Part shown: in pieces, positions 41,656-53,746 of the stretch | Position numbering within the stretch: position 1 is the stretch's first letter | How the letters are laid out: each line of letters begins with the position of its first letter | Assembly (NCBI RefSeq): GCF_006345805.1 | Contig: NC_043011.1 | Location: forward strand, 3,038,001-3,102,000 | Reading direction: 5' to 3' | Source: Octopus sinensis | Taxonomy: Eukaryota | Length of the DNA stretch: 64,000 nt | The notes under the pieces: generated by a model | Databases searched by the model: none | Seen by the model: the letters and a program-made list of their open reading frames with translations, nothing else | Told to the model about the DNA's origin: nothing | Made by a program: the position numbers and the translations under genes

Positions 41656-41754
41656 ATATGTATGTTTGTATATATACACACATGCACACATATACACAAA
41701 CATATATATATATGTGTGTGTGTATATATATATATATATTTTAAAAAATATATT

Positions 41755-42307
41755 ATGTCAGGTCACTTTCGAGTGCTACTGGTAACAGGTCACCCAGTAC
41801 AATCTGTTGCATGGTCGGGTTGTCGGCGACTAAACCGGCAACTCCACCAAGCTTGCTTGGTGAGGAGGGTGTTTATTGGACACCCTGTGGGATGAAAAGC
41901 AAAACCCGTCAAAGGGCGGACGAACTCTTGAGAGTCAACAGCCATCCAATAACTGTCTTAAGGCTGTATCATGTGTGGGGACATAGAAATAATTGGACTG
42001 AATACCTGATCGCATGGTTAAACCATTGGGTGTGAAGGACTCCTAGCCTTTGTTAGGGCATCCTTCTAGGAGAAGGTAACTCAGGTAACTGGGATAACTC
42101 TGACATAAAACCTGCGGCTCAGTGGTTACCGATGATGTTGGCTTGTTCTTCTTTTCGGATTATGGCTGCTGTTGCTTAGTGAGTGGGATTGACTCAGTGC
42201 ACAGCCTTTCCTCACTTTAAAAAAAATCTTCTTGCACAGGCATTGCATGATAACAACATTGATTAAGCTTCATACAATGGCCATACTCAATAACGAGGGG
42301 GCAGCCA

Positions 42308-42310
<3 letters not shown>
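41755..42310 (+). mobile_element. GC-richer element resembling an RTE 5' UTR (non-autonomous derivative)
   Basis: ttctaggagaaggtaactc..aaaacctgc resembles RTE/Bov-B 5' UTR motifs. Bounded by microsatellites. Confidence 0.45.
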
Positions 42311-42348
<38 letters not shown>

Positions 42349-42523
42349 TATATATTTAAACACTTCAGTATGACAAGCTGGTACTGTACCCTAGTAAATA
42401 AAAATTTAATATATTATTATAGCAAGTACATAGGCATCATCCTCTTCTGATGTGACCAAAACTCTATTCCTTCATTCTCTTAAATCAAAACTCTACATTT
42501 GATGAATTATATAATTCCATATA

Positions 42524-42746
42524 CAATAATCCCTCGACTATCACATGTGTTACGTTCCAAAATCCCCCACAATAGGTGAAAATCCACAAAGTAGAAACAG
42601 TAATGTACTGTATATTTTTTTAAATTATTTTTATAATTTGCATATATCTACTTCATTATAAATGCAAAACAACACCACTGTAGAATTGACATAAGCTTAA
42701 AAAATAAACTATGATAGGTGAACCACAATATGGCAAGGGATTACTG
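42524..42746. mobile_element. Tigger/pogo-like MITE, TA TSD
   Basis: TA|caataatccctcg...caagggattactg|TA, 223 bp. Confidence 0.75.
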
Positions 42747-42762
42747 TATAGACAGAATTGCT

Positions 42763-43183
42763 GGATCTTTTCGGTTTGAACGGCAGTTTTTTCTAGCGGT
42801 ATCATATGAAATTTTCACCCATAATTATGACCCTAGTATCGATCTATTGCATTTCAATCTGTTTTAGGGTAAGGGTTAGTTAGGAATGGGGGGAAGTGTA
42901 TCTTTTTTTCTTCACAAATGTAAATAAACCCAATCTGTTTCTTAAATGAGGGACATATTCATACGGCACAGAATGTTTTTCTTACCTCAATAGACGTCAG
43001 AGATTGGTTGAAATTGCAAAAATTGAAGAAAAAAACAACAAATATCTTACAAACTATAGAATTTTCTCAGTAAAGCCAAGAGAAAAAGATGTTTTATAAG
43101 CACATTCTACCAGTATACGAAGTTTAAAATTTTTTAGTTACCTAGAATTATGTTAAAAACTGCCGTTCAAACCGAAAAGATCC
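42763..43183. mobile_element. MITE with perfect 29-bp TIRs and an 8-bp TSD (Merlin- or hAT-like)
   Basis: TIR ggatcttttcggtttgaacggcagttttt. TSD gaattgct at 42755-42762 and 43184-43191. Confidence 0.9.
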
Positions 43184-43533
43184 GAATTGCTTTATACATT
43201 TATTGACTGATTCTAAATTACTTTTGATCTTGTAATTCTAACATTACGTCAACAATTTCTAAACTAGCCCCTACTCTTGTGTGAATATGAATGTAATTCA
43301 TTTTTTTATAGATAGTCTAATAACTTCATGTATTAAACTTACCTTGACAAGCATCTTAAATGCGATTTCTACCTCAATACAGTAACTATCCCTTTATGAA
43401 CATGTTTTGTTTACTCTTATTTATTTTTGATTGATAATAAACTTTCTCTTCTTTTCCCCTATCTCCATATCTTTCCTGCCTAACTTCTAACCTGTAAAAG
43501 ACACTAACATCTGTGTTATCTTTTGCAATATAT

Positions 43534-43920
43534 AGGCGCAGGAGTGGCTGTGTGGTAAGCAGCTTGCTTACCAACCACATGGTTCTGGGTTCAGTCCCAC
43601 TGCGTGGCACTTTGGATAAGTGTTTTCTACTATAGCCTCGGGCCGACCAAAGCCTTGTGAGTGGATTTAGTAGAAGGAAACTGAAAGAAGCCTGTCGTGT
43701 ATATGTATATATATGTATGTGTTTGTGTGTCTGTGTTTGTCCCCCTAACATCGCTCGACAACCGATGCTGGTGTGTTCATGCCCCCGTAGCTAAGCAGTT
43801 CGGCAAAAGAGACCGATAGAATAAGTACTAGGCTTACAACGAATAAGTCCTGGGGTCGATTTGCTCAACTAAAGGCGGTGCTCCAGCATGGCTGCTGTCA
43901 AATGACTGAAACAAGTAAAA
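43534..43920 (+). mobile_element. SINE family A, full length
   Basis: aggcgcaggagtggctgtgtggtaag..ggttcagtcccactgc, CORE-like segment, internal (TA/TG)n, ending tgactgaaacaagtaaaa. Confidence 0.9.
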
Positions 43921-44126
43921 AAAAAAGGACCCCAAACATTGCACTAGTTTACCAATATAGTTCCTCTTTAGTTTCCATACATTTACTCTCCCACTTACCA
44001 TGTTTGATATCAATATATATTGCCTGGCCAGTGCTACTCAGATCAAATCTAAAAGACAGCTCACCAGCAAGTAAATTTCAGTTATCTTTCAACAAACACA
44101 AAAGCGCAATTTATATTTTATCTTAA

Positions 44127-44318
44127 CCCTTTGGCATTTAAATCAGCCATATCTGGCCCAAATATTCTACCTGTTTTATGTTCAACATGGCCAGATTTGA
44201 CCTCTCACATCTCTCCTACAATGTCATTCTAAAAATAAACAGATGACATCATTGAAGACTTGAAGCTATGGGAATAAACAAACATTGCATTTGACCAAGT
44301 ATTCTGAATGCTAAAGGG
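44127..44318. mobile_element. piggyBac-type MITE, TTAA TSD
   Basis: TTAA|ccctttggcatt...aatgctaaaggg|TTAA, 192 bp. Confidence 0.85.
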
Positions 44319-44652
44319 TTAAGGTACTCACATAGAACAAACATATCTTGGACTGTCATTTTTGGTGTCTCACCGTTAATCTACTTTTGCACAAATGTAG
44401 AATTCTTTTCAAGAATATTCTAATAACAAATAGAAAACTTCAAAAAGACAAAAAAAAACCCCATTTGATTTATGAACATCACTCAAGAATGCACCTTGAT
44501 TATTTTTTAAGCAACTCCTGTATCTTTTATTCTAGACATATCTAAAAACACCGATTCCAACTCTTCCCCTGAGCAATTTTGCTGGATATCCCCTCTTTCT
44601 GATAATATTTGTACAAGAAACAGTATTTTTTACAATCCAGTTTCAATAATAA

Positions 44653-45028
44653 TGGAAGCACTCCGTCGGTTAAGACGACGAGGGTTCCGGTTGATCCGAA
44701 TCAACGGAACAGCCTGCTCGTGAAATTAACATGTAAGTGGCTGAGCACTCCACAGACACGTGTACCCTGACGTAGTTCTCGGGGATATTCAGCATGACAC
44801 AGAGAGTGACAAGGCCAGCCCTTTGAAATACAGGTACAACAGAAACAGGAAGTAAGAGAAAGTTGTGGTGAAAGAGTACAGCTGGGATCACCACCATCCC
44901 CTGCTGGAGCCTCATGGAGCCTTTAGGTGTTTTCGCTCAATAAACACTCACAACGCCCGGTCTGGGAATCGAAACCGCGATCCCACAACCGCGAGTCCGC
45001 TGCCCTAACCACTGGGCCATTGCGCCTC
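44653..45028 (-). mobile_element. SINE family B1, full length
   Basis: Flanked by tcaataataa on both sides. Confidence 0.92.
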
Positions 45029-45489
45029 AATAATAATAAACATATAAGCAAAAGCCATACTTCACTTGGATAGTCAAAAGCATAATTGCTTTTCTTTAAA
45101 ATAATTTTGTACCAGTTTTCGTTTTATTCCAACACTTATTATGTATATTTCAGTGATTCCAATTTTCTAGTTGTTGCTCTGATAAAGAAAATTTTATCAT
45201 CGTACATGAACTGAATCCCATTCAACTGACATTTCATTGACATATTGATTGACAGTAGCATTTCCTTATTTACTCCAGTATTTTCTCTGAACTGGTGCCA
45301 GTAGTTATAATTCCAGACAATTATATTATACATTTCTTTCGATGCACTTTTCTGTACACTATCCAGATAGATAAACATTCATAAAATATACACATAAGAT
45401 TTGTTCTGTTTACTCTAAAGTTATCTTATATGATATCTGAAGGCAGCGTACTCACAGAAATAAACATGTGTGTGTATGTACACACATGT

Positions 45490-45607
<118 letters not shown>

Positions 45608-45621
45608 CATATATATGTATA

Positions 45622-45660
<39 letters not shown>

Positions 45661-45663
<3 letters not shown>

Positions 45664-45908
45664 GGTGACACATGAAAAACACTATTTGAGCATGGCTATC
45701 GCCTGTACCACCTGACTGGCCCTTGTGCCAGTGGCACATAAAAGCACCCACAGCACTTTTGGAGTGGTTGGCGTTAGGAAGGGCATCCAGCTGCAGTAAC
45801 TCTGTCAGATCAGATTAGAGCCTGGTGCAGCCATCTGGCTTGCTAGTCCTCAGTCAAACCATGCCAGTATGGAAAGTGGACGTTAAACGATGATGATGAT
45901 GATGATGA
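45661..45908 (+). mobile_element. RTE 3' UTR fragment with (GAT)n tail, 5' end at (TA)n
   Basis: gtggttggcgttaggaagggcatccagctg...ggacgttaaacgatgatgat. Confidence 0.85.
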
Positions 45909-45918
45909 CATATATATA

Positions 45919-46049
45919 TTATTATTATTTAAATGTGGCAAGCTGGCAGAATCCTTGGCAGATTTTGACCTCAAAACATAGCAGCAGGTGAAGTATTTCA
46001 CCTGACATGCTAACGATTCTGCCAGCTTGCCACATTTAAATGATAATAA
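45919..46049. repeat. 35-bp inverted repeat around a truncated family C SINE head
   Basis: 45919-45953 pairs with 46015-46049 (27-bp perfect core, 1 mismatch overall). Confidence 0.88.
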
Positions 46050-46673
46050 GAATAACGATATAACACAAGGATGGAAGTTAACAGACTTTAATAGTAGATC
46101 CTGATGTACATTTTCTGCATCCCTCATTTGCTTTAAGTTGCTGGGTGTAGCATTATGTAAGATTAATCTTCATAATATACATACACACACATATATATAT
46201 CATCATCATCGTTTAACGTCCGCATTCCACACTGGCATCACAGCTATCCTGCATTCAAAAATTATACGGGTATTTTAAAAGTTTTCATTCCGTAAATAAT
46301 AAATTATGTATACATTATTAGAACACACTGTCAGTTTTCCAAATAGTGAAGGAAAACTCAAAAGAGAAAGTGTGAGACTTTCAAATGAGAATGGAATACT
46401 CCGCAGTGAATGCAATGAATATTTAAATATGTGAATTGGATGCAGTGAATGCAATGAATATTTAAATTTGCGAGAAATTGGAATTTAAAAAATTCAAGAA
46501 ACGTGAGAAATTGAAATTATAGGAAATTTCTGAGAACATGGATTTCCAAAATTATTCCCAGGGGTCCACCATTTAATAATTGCTTTCTTTTACTACTTTT
46601 AGTAATTGTTAATACCTAATTAATAAGCAGCTTTCTATATTGTAGTATAAATTATTATTATTATTATTGTTAC

Positions 46674-46761
<88 letters not shown>

Positions 46762-47981
46762 GAGTGAGAGAGCACCACATGCCATCGAAGTGACACTATG
46801 GTACAAATATATGAAGCCCAGAATACTCATCATGACTACTCATCTGATAAGGGTAGACCAGACACATGCATCACAACCATATGTGCATGACATGGTGAGT
46901 TGATGTCAAGATAAACAGCACATGACCTTGCTGATAGGGCCCAGTTAGAATTTTCTTCCGGTCAAGTAGCCCATCCTATTCAAAAGGTTCCTGAATAAGG
47001 GTTGTTTAACGATGATAAATGAAACACGTGTTTCTAGAGGTGAATTACTCAAGCCCCAAAGAATTTTTCTTAACACATGGCTATAATGCATCCCAACTAC
47101 TTCTGTTCATGATCAAAGATGTCCATATCATCAACCACTAAGTGATATGCTCAACTGGTTAAGGTCAAACAACTGACAAGCAGATCTGTGGTATTTAGCA
47201 GAATATTTGCTGTTGCCCATCTTTTATACCAAGACAAAATCTGTACATGATAACTCTTCCAATCAGTTAAGATCAGAAGTCATGTGAGCCTGTGCCTACT
47301 ATTGCATCAGGCCATTTATCATCATCATCATCATCGTTATTATTATTATTATTATTATTATTGAGTGACAGAGCAGTGCATGCCATCAAAGTGACACTGG
47401 GGTAAAATATACAAAGCCCAGTATACCCATCATGACTAGCCATCTGATAAGGGTACACTGGGCACATGCATCAAAACCATATGTGCGTGACATGGTGATC
47501 TCATATCAAGATAAACAGCACATGACTTTGCAGGTGGGGGCCAGTCAGAATTTTCTTCTGGTCAAGTAATCCATCCCACTCAAAAGCTCCCGGAATAAGG
47601 GTTGTTAAGGATGTTGATAGAGAGAGGAATTTTGGAAAATTCACATGATCTGATTTTTCTCCTTCATAACTTTCAGGAAGGTGGGTATCTTTTAATGAAA
47701 ATTTATACTAATCCCTTTCAAACGACATAGATTACAATTATAAAGAAATTTGTGGGGAAAATTTTTTCAGGTATTTTCCTAATTTTTTTAAACGACTGCC
47801 TTCAAATTGATGGGTTGTAGGGGGCAAACACTAAGTAATATGCTCAACTGGTTAAGGTCAAACAACTGACAAGCAGATCTGTGGTATTGAGCAGAGGTGA
47901 ATTATTCAAACCTCAAACAATCCCTCTCAATACTTGGCTATGATGCTCCCCCACTACTTCTGCTCGTGATCAGAGATGCAT
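46762..47981 (-). mobile_element. Three fragments of one LINE 3' end sitting in (TAA)n tracts (Dong/R4-like)
   Basis: 46762-47310 and 47363-47610 are diverged direct repeats, each abutting (TAT)n. 47829-47981 repeats parts of the first in shuffled order. The family call rests only on the TAA context. Confidence 0.55.
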
Positions 47982-48028
47982 TATTATTTTTATTATTATT
48001 ATTTTTATTATTATTATTATTATTATTA

Positions 48029-48062
<34 letters not shown>

Positions 48063-49048
48063 CATTATTATAATTATTATCATTATTATTATTATTATTT
48101 CATGTTTGTGTGCATGTGTGTGTGTTATTCATCTCCATACACATATTCACCAGCTAAGTTACCATAAAAAAACTACATGCAGTAGTTGTGACTCTTTCAG
48201 CCTCACTCCGTACCCCTCCTTAAACAATCTAATGCTTCTAATACATATTGTCAATTAGTACTCTAAATAGTCCTTTAAAATAAGTCATACAATCCAACAT
48301 ATATTTTATATTCTATAACATCTCTTGCATACTATATTTGTACTCTTGATTTCTACTGATTTTTTTGCTTCCAATAAAAAAAAAGACCCTCATGTAAAAT
48401 TTATTTATAAATGAACAAACAACTACCTTGTAAACACTAAAATTAATGTAAACACAACTGCAATATGCAGTATCTAAGAACTCACTGCTAATAATATTTC
48501 GTCAAATATTTCCGAAACCTTTTATTCTAGAATACTAAATTTCTACCATTTTAAGCATAACATATAAATGAAGGGCTAAACTTTATGTCATAATTTATTA
48601 TCTCATTTCATCTTTTTTATTAATTATCAACAAATTACACTAATTAACCTTACAACTTTGATACAAAGTTAACTATTTAATTTTCTCACACGTATATTCG
48701 AAATACATTCTTACAGATCACAGAATTCAAATCAGCTCTTCTTTACCGCATAAAAAAAATAGTCTTATGTTTTTCTCATTAAATATCTGTTCATATGTTT
48801 CCCAATATTCCAGATAGCCTAAAGCTTTACAAGCTAATTTTATTCAGTTAAGTATTTTTGTTAAACATATTTCTAGAATATTAAGTTTACCTTAAATATT
48901 TTCCTATTTTCCACTTGTGTCACATGTGTATTTACCTCAGTAATTTTGTTTTTCTGGTTAATTACAGCAACTAGTTGCAAAACAAAATTTGGGCCAGTAA
49001 TCAATATATGAAGAAACATAACAGACATAAATATATACATACATATAC

Positions 49049-49088
<40 letters not shown>

Positions 49089-49229
49089 ACACACACATAC
49101 ATACATATATACAGACATCTATACAGACAGATATTAGAAATCAGCTCCACAGAAGAAGAATTTAAATCATCAAAAACAGAAGAGAACATACACACATATA
49201 AATCATTATCATTATAATCATTTTTCAAG

Positions 49230-50110
49230 TGTTCTTTTGGGGTTTTCTTTGCATGCTTGTATGGGTTGGATAATCTTAATGGTTTGTCACTTCATGTTGT
49301 CCTTTGTCATCTCTTTCATTATGTTCAGTTTCTAAAGATGAGTTTAGATCATTTATACCTATGTTTCTCAGTCCTCCTTTTCTGTACAGTTCTTCCTCCT
49401 AGATTCACAAAACTTTCCTCTATATGCTTCACATGCCCATGCCAGAACAGTCTTCTCACTGGCATAATGAAAGTTGATTCCAGTTGTACTCAGTTTTTCT
49501 CTCAGCTTATTTGTGTTCAGTCATCCAAGACCATTAACATTATAGATTCTATGAAGCATGTTTGCTTCATTTCTTTCCAGTAATTGTATATCCCTTGCAT
49601 TCCATGTTTTGCCATCATGCAACATCACTCATTTGTATGTGAGAATCATACACTTTACCCTTCACTCAAAGAAAAATCCTTCTCTTAGCAACAAAGGCAA
49701 AAGCTTCCTTGCATTTTTTCCACTCTGTCTTAACATTCATCACAATGCATTTGGAACAAACATATCCAATATTTCTTTATAGTCAAACCTATGAACTGCT
49801 TCTAGAAATTTGGAAGAATTCATTTCTTGGTTACTAAATGCTGTTATGCATCAGCTACAAAGTCCATCTCCTGTGTCAGCCAGGAGTGATCTTGCAGCAT
49901 TTTTTGTGCACATGTAGTTTACATTTGGTGCATACTATAGTCTTTCTACCAATGCTTTTATTGCATTTTGAGTATGATCACCTCATTGCTGGTAGTTAAG
50001 TTTTGTCTCTATTACTGCTAATTAAAACCTACATCTTTGCTAGGTTTACTTTGAGGCTTTGTGATTCTAGACATTGCTTCTATATTTGGAATTTCTTCTT
50101 TCTTTCTTCA
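49230..50110 (-). mobile_element. Decayed RTE-like RT region
   Basis: Minus-strand broken frames resemble RT (LEAVHRFD near 49790-49810) and the ORF2 C-terminus. Confidence 0.45.
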
Positions 50111-50112
50111 AT

Positions 50113-50281
50113 AGTTCTCCAGGCCATAATAGAAAAGTTTCAAGCTATCTGATTGTAAGAAGTCCTATTTGATGATGACCTAATTTTCATAGGTTAATCA
50201 CCTATGAAAATTAGGTCATCATCAAATAGAACTTCTTACAATCAGATAGCTTGAAACTTTTCTATTATGGCCTGGAGAACT
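50113..50281. repeat. Near-perfect palindrome: 82-bp arms, 5-nt loop, 1 mismatch
   Basis: 50113-50194 is the reverse complement of 50200-50281 except C50164/A50230. The loop is TAATC. Confidence 0.97.
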
Positions 50282-51082
50282 TAGTGCAACCAATGGGGTT
50301 TGCAATCCAAAATACTGGACACCTATAATACACTATTCACAAAACATTGGTAAACCCTTTACTTTTTCCTTGTTACATACACCTCCCCCTCATCTTCTCT
50401 TCTAACCACCTGGTGTTCAATGCTCTTCTCTTCTTGCAATCTTTCGACCAGTCTCTCATTTTTTCATTACCCTTAAACACTTCCCAAACCATTACAACAT
50501 GCAAAATCAGTTTTTGAAAACTTGGGATATTCTATTTAGGTCTGAGTTTATCCTGTTATAAGGGTCAGCATGGCCACTTTCAGTATCCAAAATAAACTAT
50601 GTAATAAACTGCATAATGTATATCAATCAAAATCTACAAAATTCTAAAATGAGAAAGAAAATTTACTTGGATTGTGAGGGATGGTATATGAACAGCTTGT
50701 GAGTTACGATCTATAATCTAGAATATATTTCCAAAAATCAAGAAAGTTAAAAGAATTATTTCCTCAATCTAATGAAATATCATTTCTTATACCAGCAAGA
50801 ATAAGGCAAGCCATTACACATATATATGTAAACACATGCACACACACTGCTGGAATGGCTGTAAATAGTTTATTTTTCTGCCAAATTGATAGCTGCTACT
50901 GTATTAATAACTTTTTAACAAGTTGTAGAATATAATACCATTCATTGGAAATGAAGTAATGAAATCACAGTTCACCAATTTTTTTTTCCTAAAATAACTT
51001 TAAAAAAGTGAGCCACATTTATAAAAAGAAAAACTTTTTTACTGCATCTTCTTTCAATCATATGTATATAGCAAACATATCC

Positions 51083-51430
51083 TCATCATCATCATCCTCT
51101 TCATCATCATCATGTTTTCCATGTTGGCATGGGTTGAGCTTCTGTTTCGGCATAGTTTTGCGACTGGATGCCCATCCTAATGCCAACTACTTTACATAGT
51201 GTACTAGGTGATTTTTATGTGGCACCAGTACAAGTGCTTTTTATGTGGCACCAGCATCTGCAGGGTTACTAAGTACCTTGCAAGACAAGGACCTCTCAGC
51301 TGGAAAAGGGTGTGGAACTGAGAGAAGTGGCCGTGTGCTAGGTGAGAGAGAGAGTATGATAGAGGGAGGGAGATAACCCGCTTACTATAAAGGAGATACT
51401 TGGCTACCTTTGTAGGACAAGGAAGGAAAG
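51083..51430 (-). mobile_element. Old RTE 3' UTR
   Basis: catcatcatgttttccatgttggcatggg..ggatgcccatcctaatgccaac. Confidence 0.7.
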
Positions 51431-53631
51431 TGGAAGCGAGTTAGGGAAGGAGATAGTGAAACAGTTAGAGTGAGAGAGAGAGAGAGTGTGAACTTATCTA
51501 CAGGAAACAGTGTGGCAGGGGGCAGTGTAAGTAGTACAGGTGGGATAGAGGGAGACATTTACTCAAGTTATGATACAGTGGAATTAAACCCAAGACCTTG
51601 TAGTTGTCAAACAAACTTTTTAACCATTTGGCTATGGAATAGTAAACATTTGTGATGACAAAGAACAATATTCAATATATAAAGTAGAAGTCATGTATTA
51701 TACTAGAAGCTGCTGCTTCTTTAAAGTGAGTTTTACATTACTGGATAAGAAAGTAGCTTTGTAATATGCAATCAAAAATATTTGGAAAGTCATTGAAATA
51801 TGATTTTTTATCAAGATTTAATTGAGTATTCAAAACATCTGTTCGAAAACGACTCACATATTCTTTTATACAATTGTCATACACTGAATATTTGATATAT
51901 TCATCAAAGCACATGTAGACTCATTATATTTTCGTGTTTTCTGTATCATATATATAAAACACACAAATGGTATTTTAAATTGCAGAATAGTGTCAGTAAG
52001 AATCAGAGCACTACTGTAGGAGAGAGTGAATGGAATGATAGTTGTGTATTTATCCCCACTGAGACTAAGAAGGCGAAATTGTGAAAATATTTTGCAAGAT
52101 TGATAAATTTCAAGAATATGTAAGAACAGGAGTGAGCTGCGACTGAAATTGATAAGTTATCACAGTATGAATAGTTTATTCAATTGGTCTTTGGAATTCC
52201 TTTGATAAATATTGATGGAATTATCTTCAAATATTTATATTTTTTCACAGCTTTTGCTAAAAATTTGGAAAGGTGTTGCAAGATGTTATATTTTTCTGAG
52301 AAAGCTCATAATGTTTGAGATTATATTGTATAATATTTAATTTCCTATTTTGCATATTTTAATATGTATGTTCTTCTACATATTTTTTCCTGTTTATTCT
52401 ATTTTTGAAGCCACTGTTATTGTTATAATGAGCAACTTGGTCAAAAGATTCTACATAAAAACATAAGGTAAATATGAACTTAGTGATAATATTAGCTAAA
52501 TTTCTAAGAAATGTGGTTGAAATTTATAGTAATATATCATAAGGTTAACAAAAAAAAAAAAAAGCCAGTATTTACCACTATCTAAACATAATGTTATTTC
52601 AAAGAAATTAACTATACTTAACTATATTCATATCTGCTGTGGGTCTTCAAATCTAATTCTTTGAATATGTTAATGTGCACTTTTGTAATAGTGCCATTGT
52701 ATGGTCATTCATATCTTGCAAATGGATAAGTTAATAACACAGTCAAGATCAAAATCTGCATAGTAGAATCAATTTCAAAGTAAGTCTACTCCTATCAAAT
52801 TACAAGCTTCACTCCCAATGTATACTTTCATTACTACATCAAACAACCAAATATTTTTACTGTTTTTCTCTCTGTTCTCTTTTTTTTCTGATCTCTTCTC
52901 ATCTCATTTCTTTTCTTTATTCCCATTTTCCTTTCCAACCAAATTTTCTCCTTCACCTTCAAGCACCCAGACTCTGCTCCACATATTTATTTAATTATTT
53001 AGTCTTTAATTTTTGGCATATTTATGTTTTTCATGACAGTCAGGAACCATCCAACAAAATCCTTTCGTGTCTAGACTTGTGGGCATCCTTTATCCAATCA
53101 ATATTCAATATTCACTTCAATTATGTGTATCTCTTTTGCTTCTCTTTAGACATTTTCCAAATGTTCCATTTTCAGAATCACCTGAAGATCAGAAATAAGC
53201 AACACAAAGGAATGATTCATGAACAATTTCTGCTTTCATAAAAACTTTATGCACTTACTGTATGTAAATATGTATGCACACATGTACACATGCAAACATG
53301 CATGCATGCAATTGACATAATCCTTAGAATGCTGGATAAAATATCGTGTGGTGTTTATCTATGACCCTTTAAATTCTGAGTTCAAATCATGCAAAGTTCA
53401 GCTTTGCATTTCATCCTTTTAGCCTCTATCTCGTAAGAATTAACTGAGTACAGCATTTGATGTATCTGACTTTTCTTCCACTAACTTGTATCAACAGGCT
53501 AAACATCAACTGTTTATACACCATCATCACCAAAAATCTAGCAATTGATTAAAAGCTTCTCAATGCATTTTTGTTTTTCATTTTTATACCAAAAACTGCT
53601 ACTTATAAACCACACCTCCATGGAAAATTTA

Positions 53632-53670
53632 TAGTCTGAGGGAGCTGATCCATAGCGAAACGTTGAAGTT
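53632..53670 (+). ncRNA. Degenerate minimal hammerhead-like motif
   Basis: CTGAGGGA GCT gatccat AGC GAAA CGTT. Stem II and the ACGT palindrome are present, stem I is poor. Confidence 0.35.
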
Positions 53671-53711
53671 GCTGTCAATCTTTTACTTGTAAAAATAAAT
53701 TTCATATGCAT

Positions 53712-53746
<35 letters not shown>

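Noticed and set aside
46402-46470. 26-bp direct repeat gcagtgaatgcaatgaatatttaaat twice with a short spacer (CRISPR-like?)
   Set aside because: Only two units in a eukaryotic context with no cas genes. It is an ordinary local duplication.
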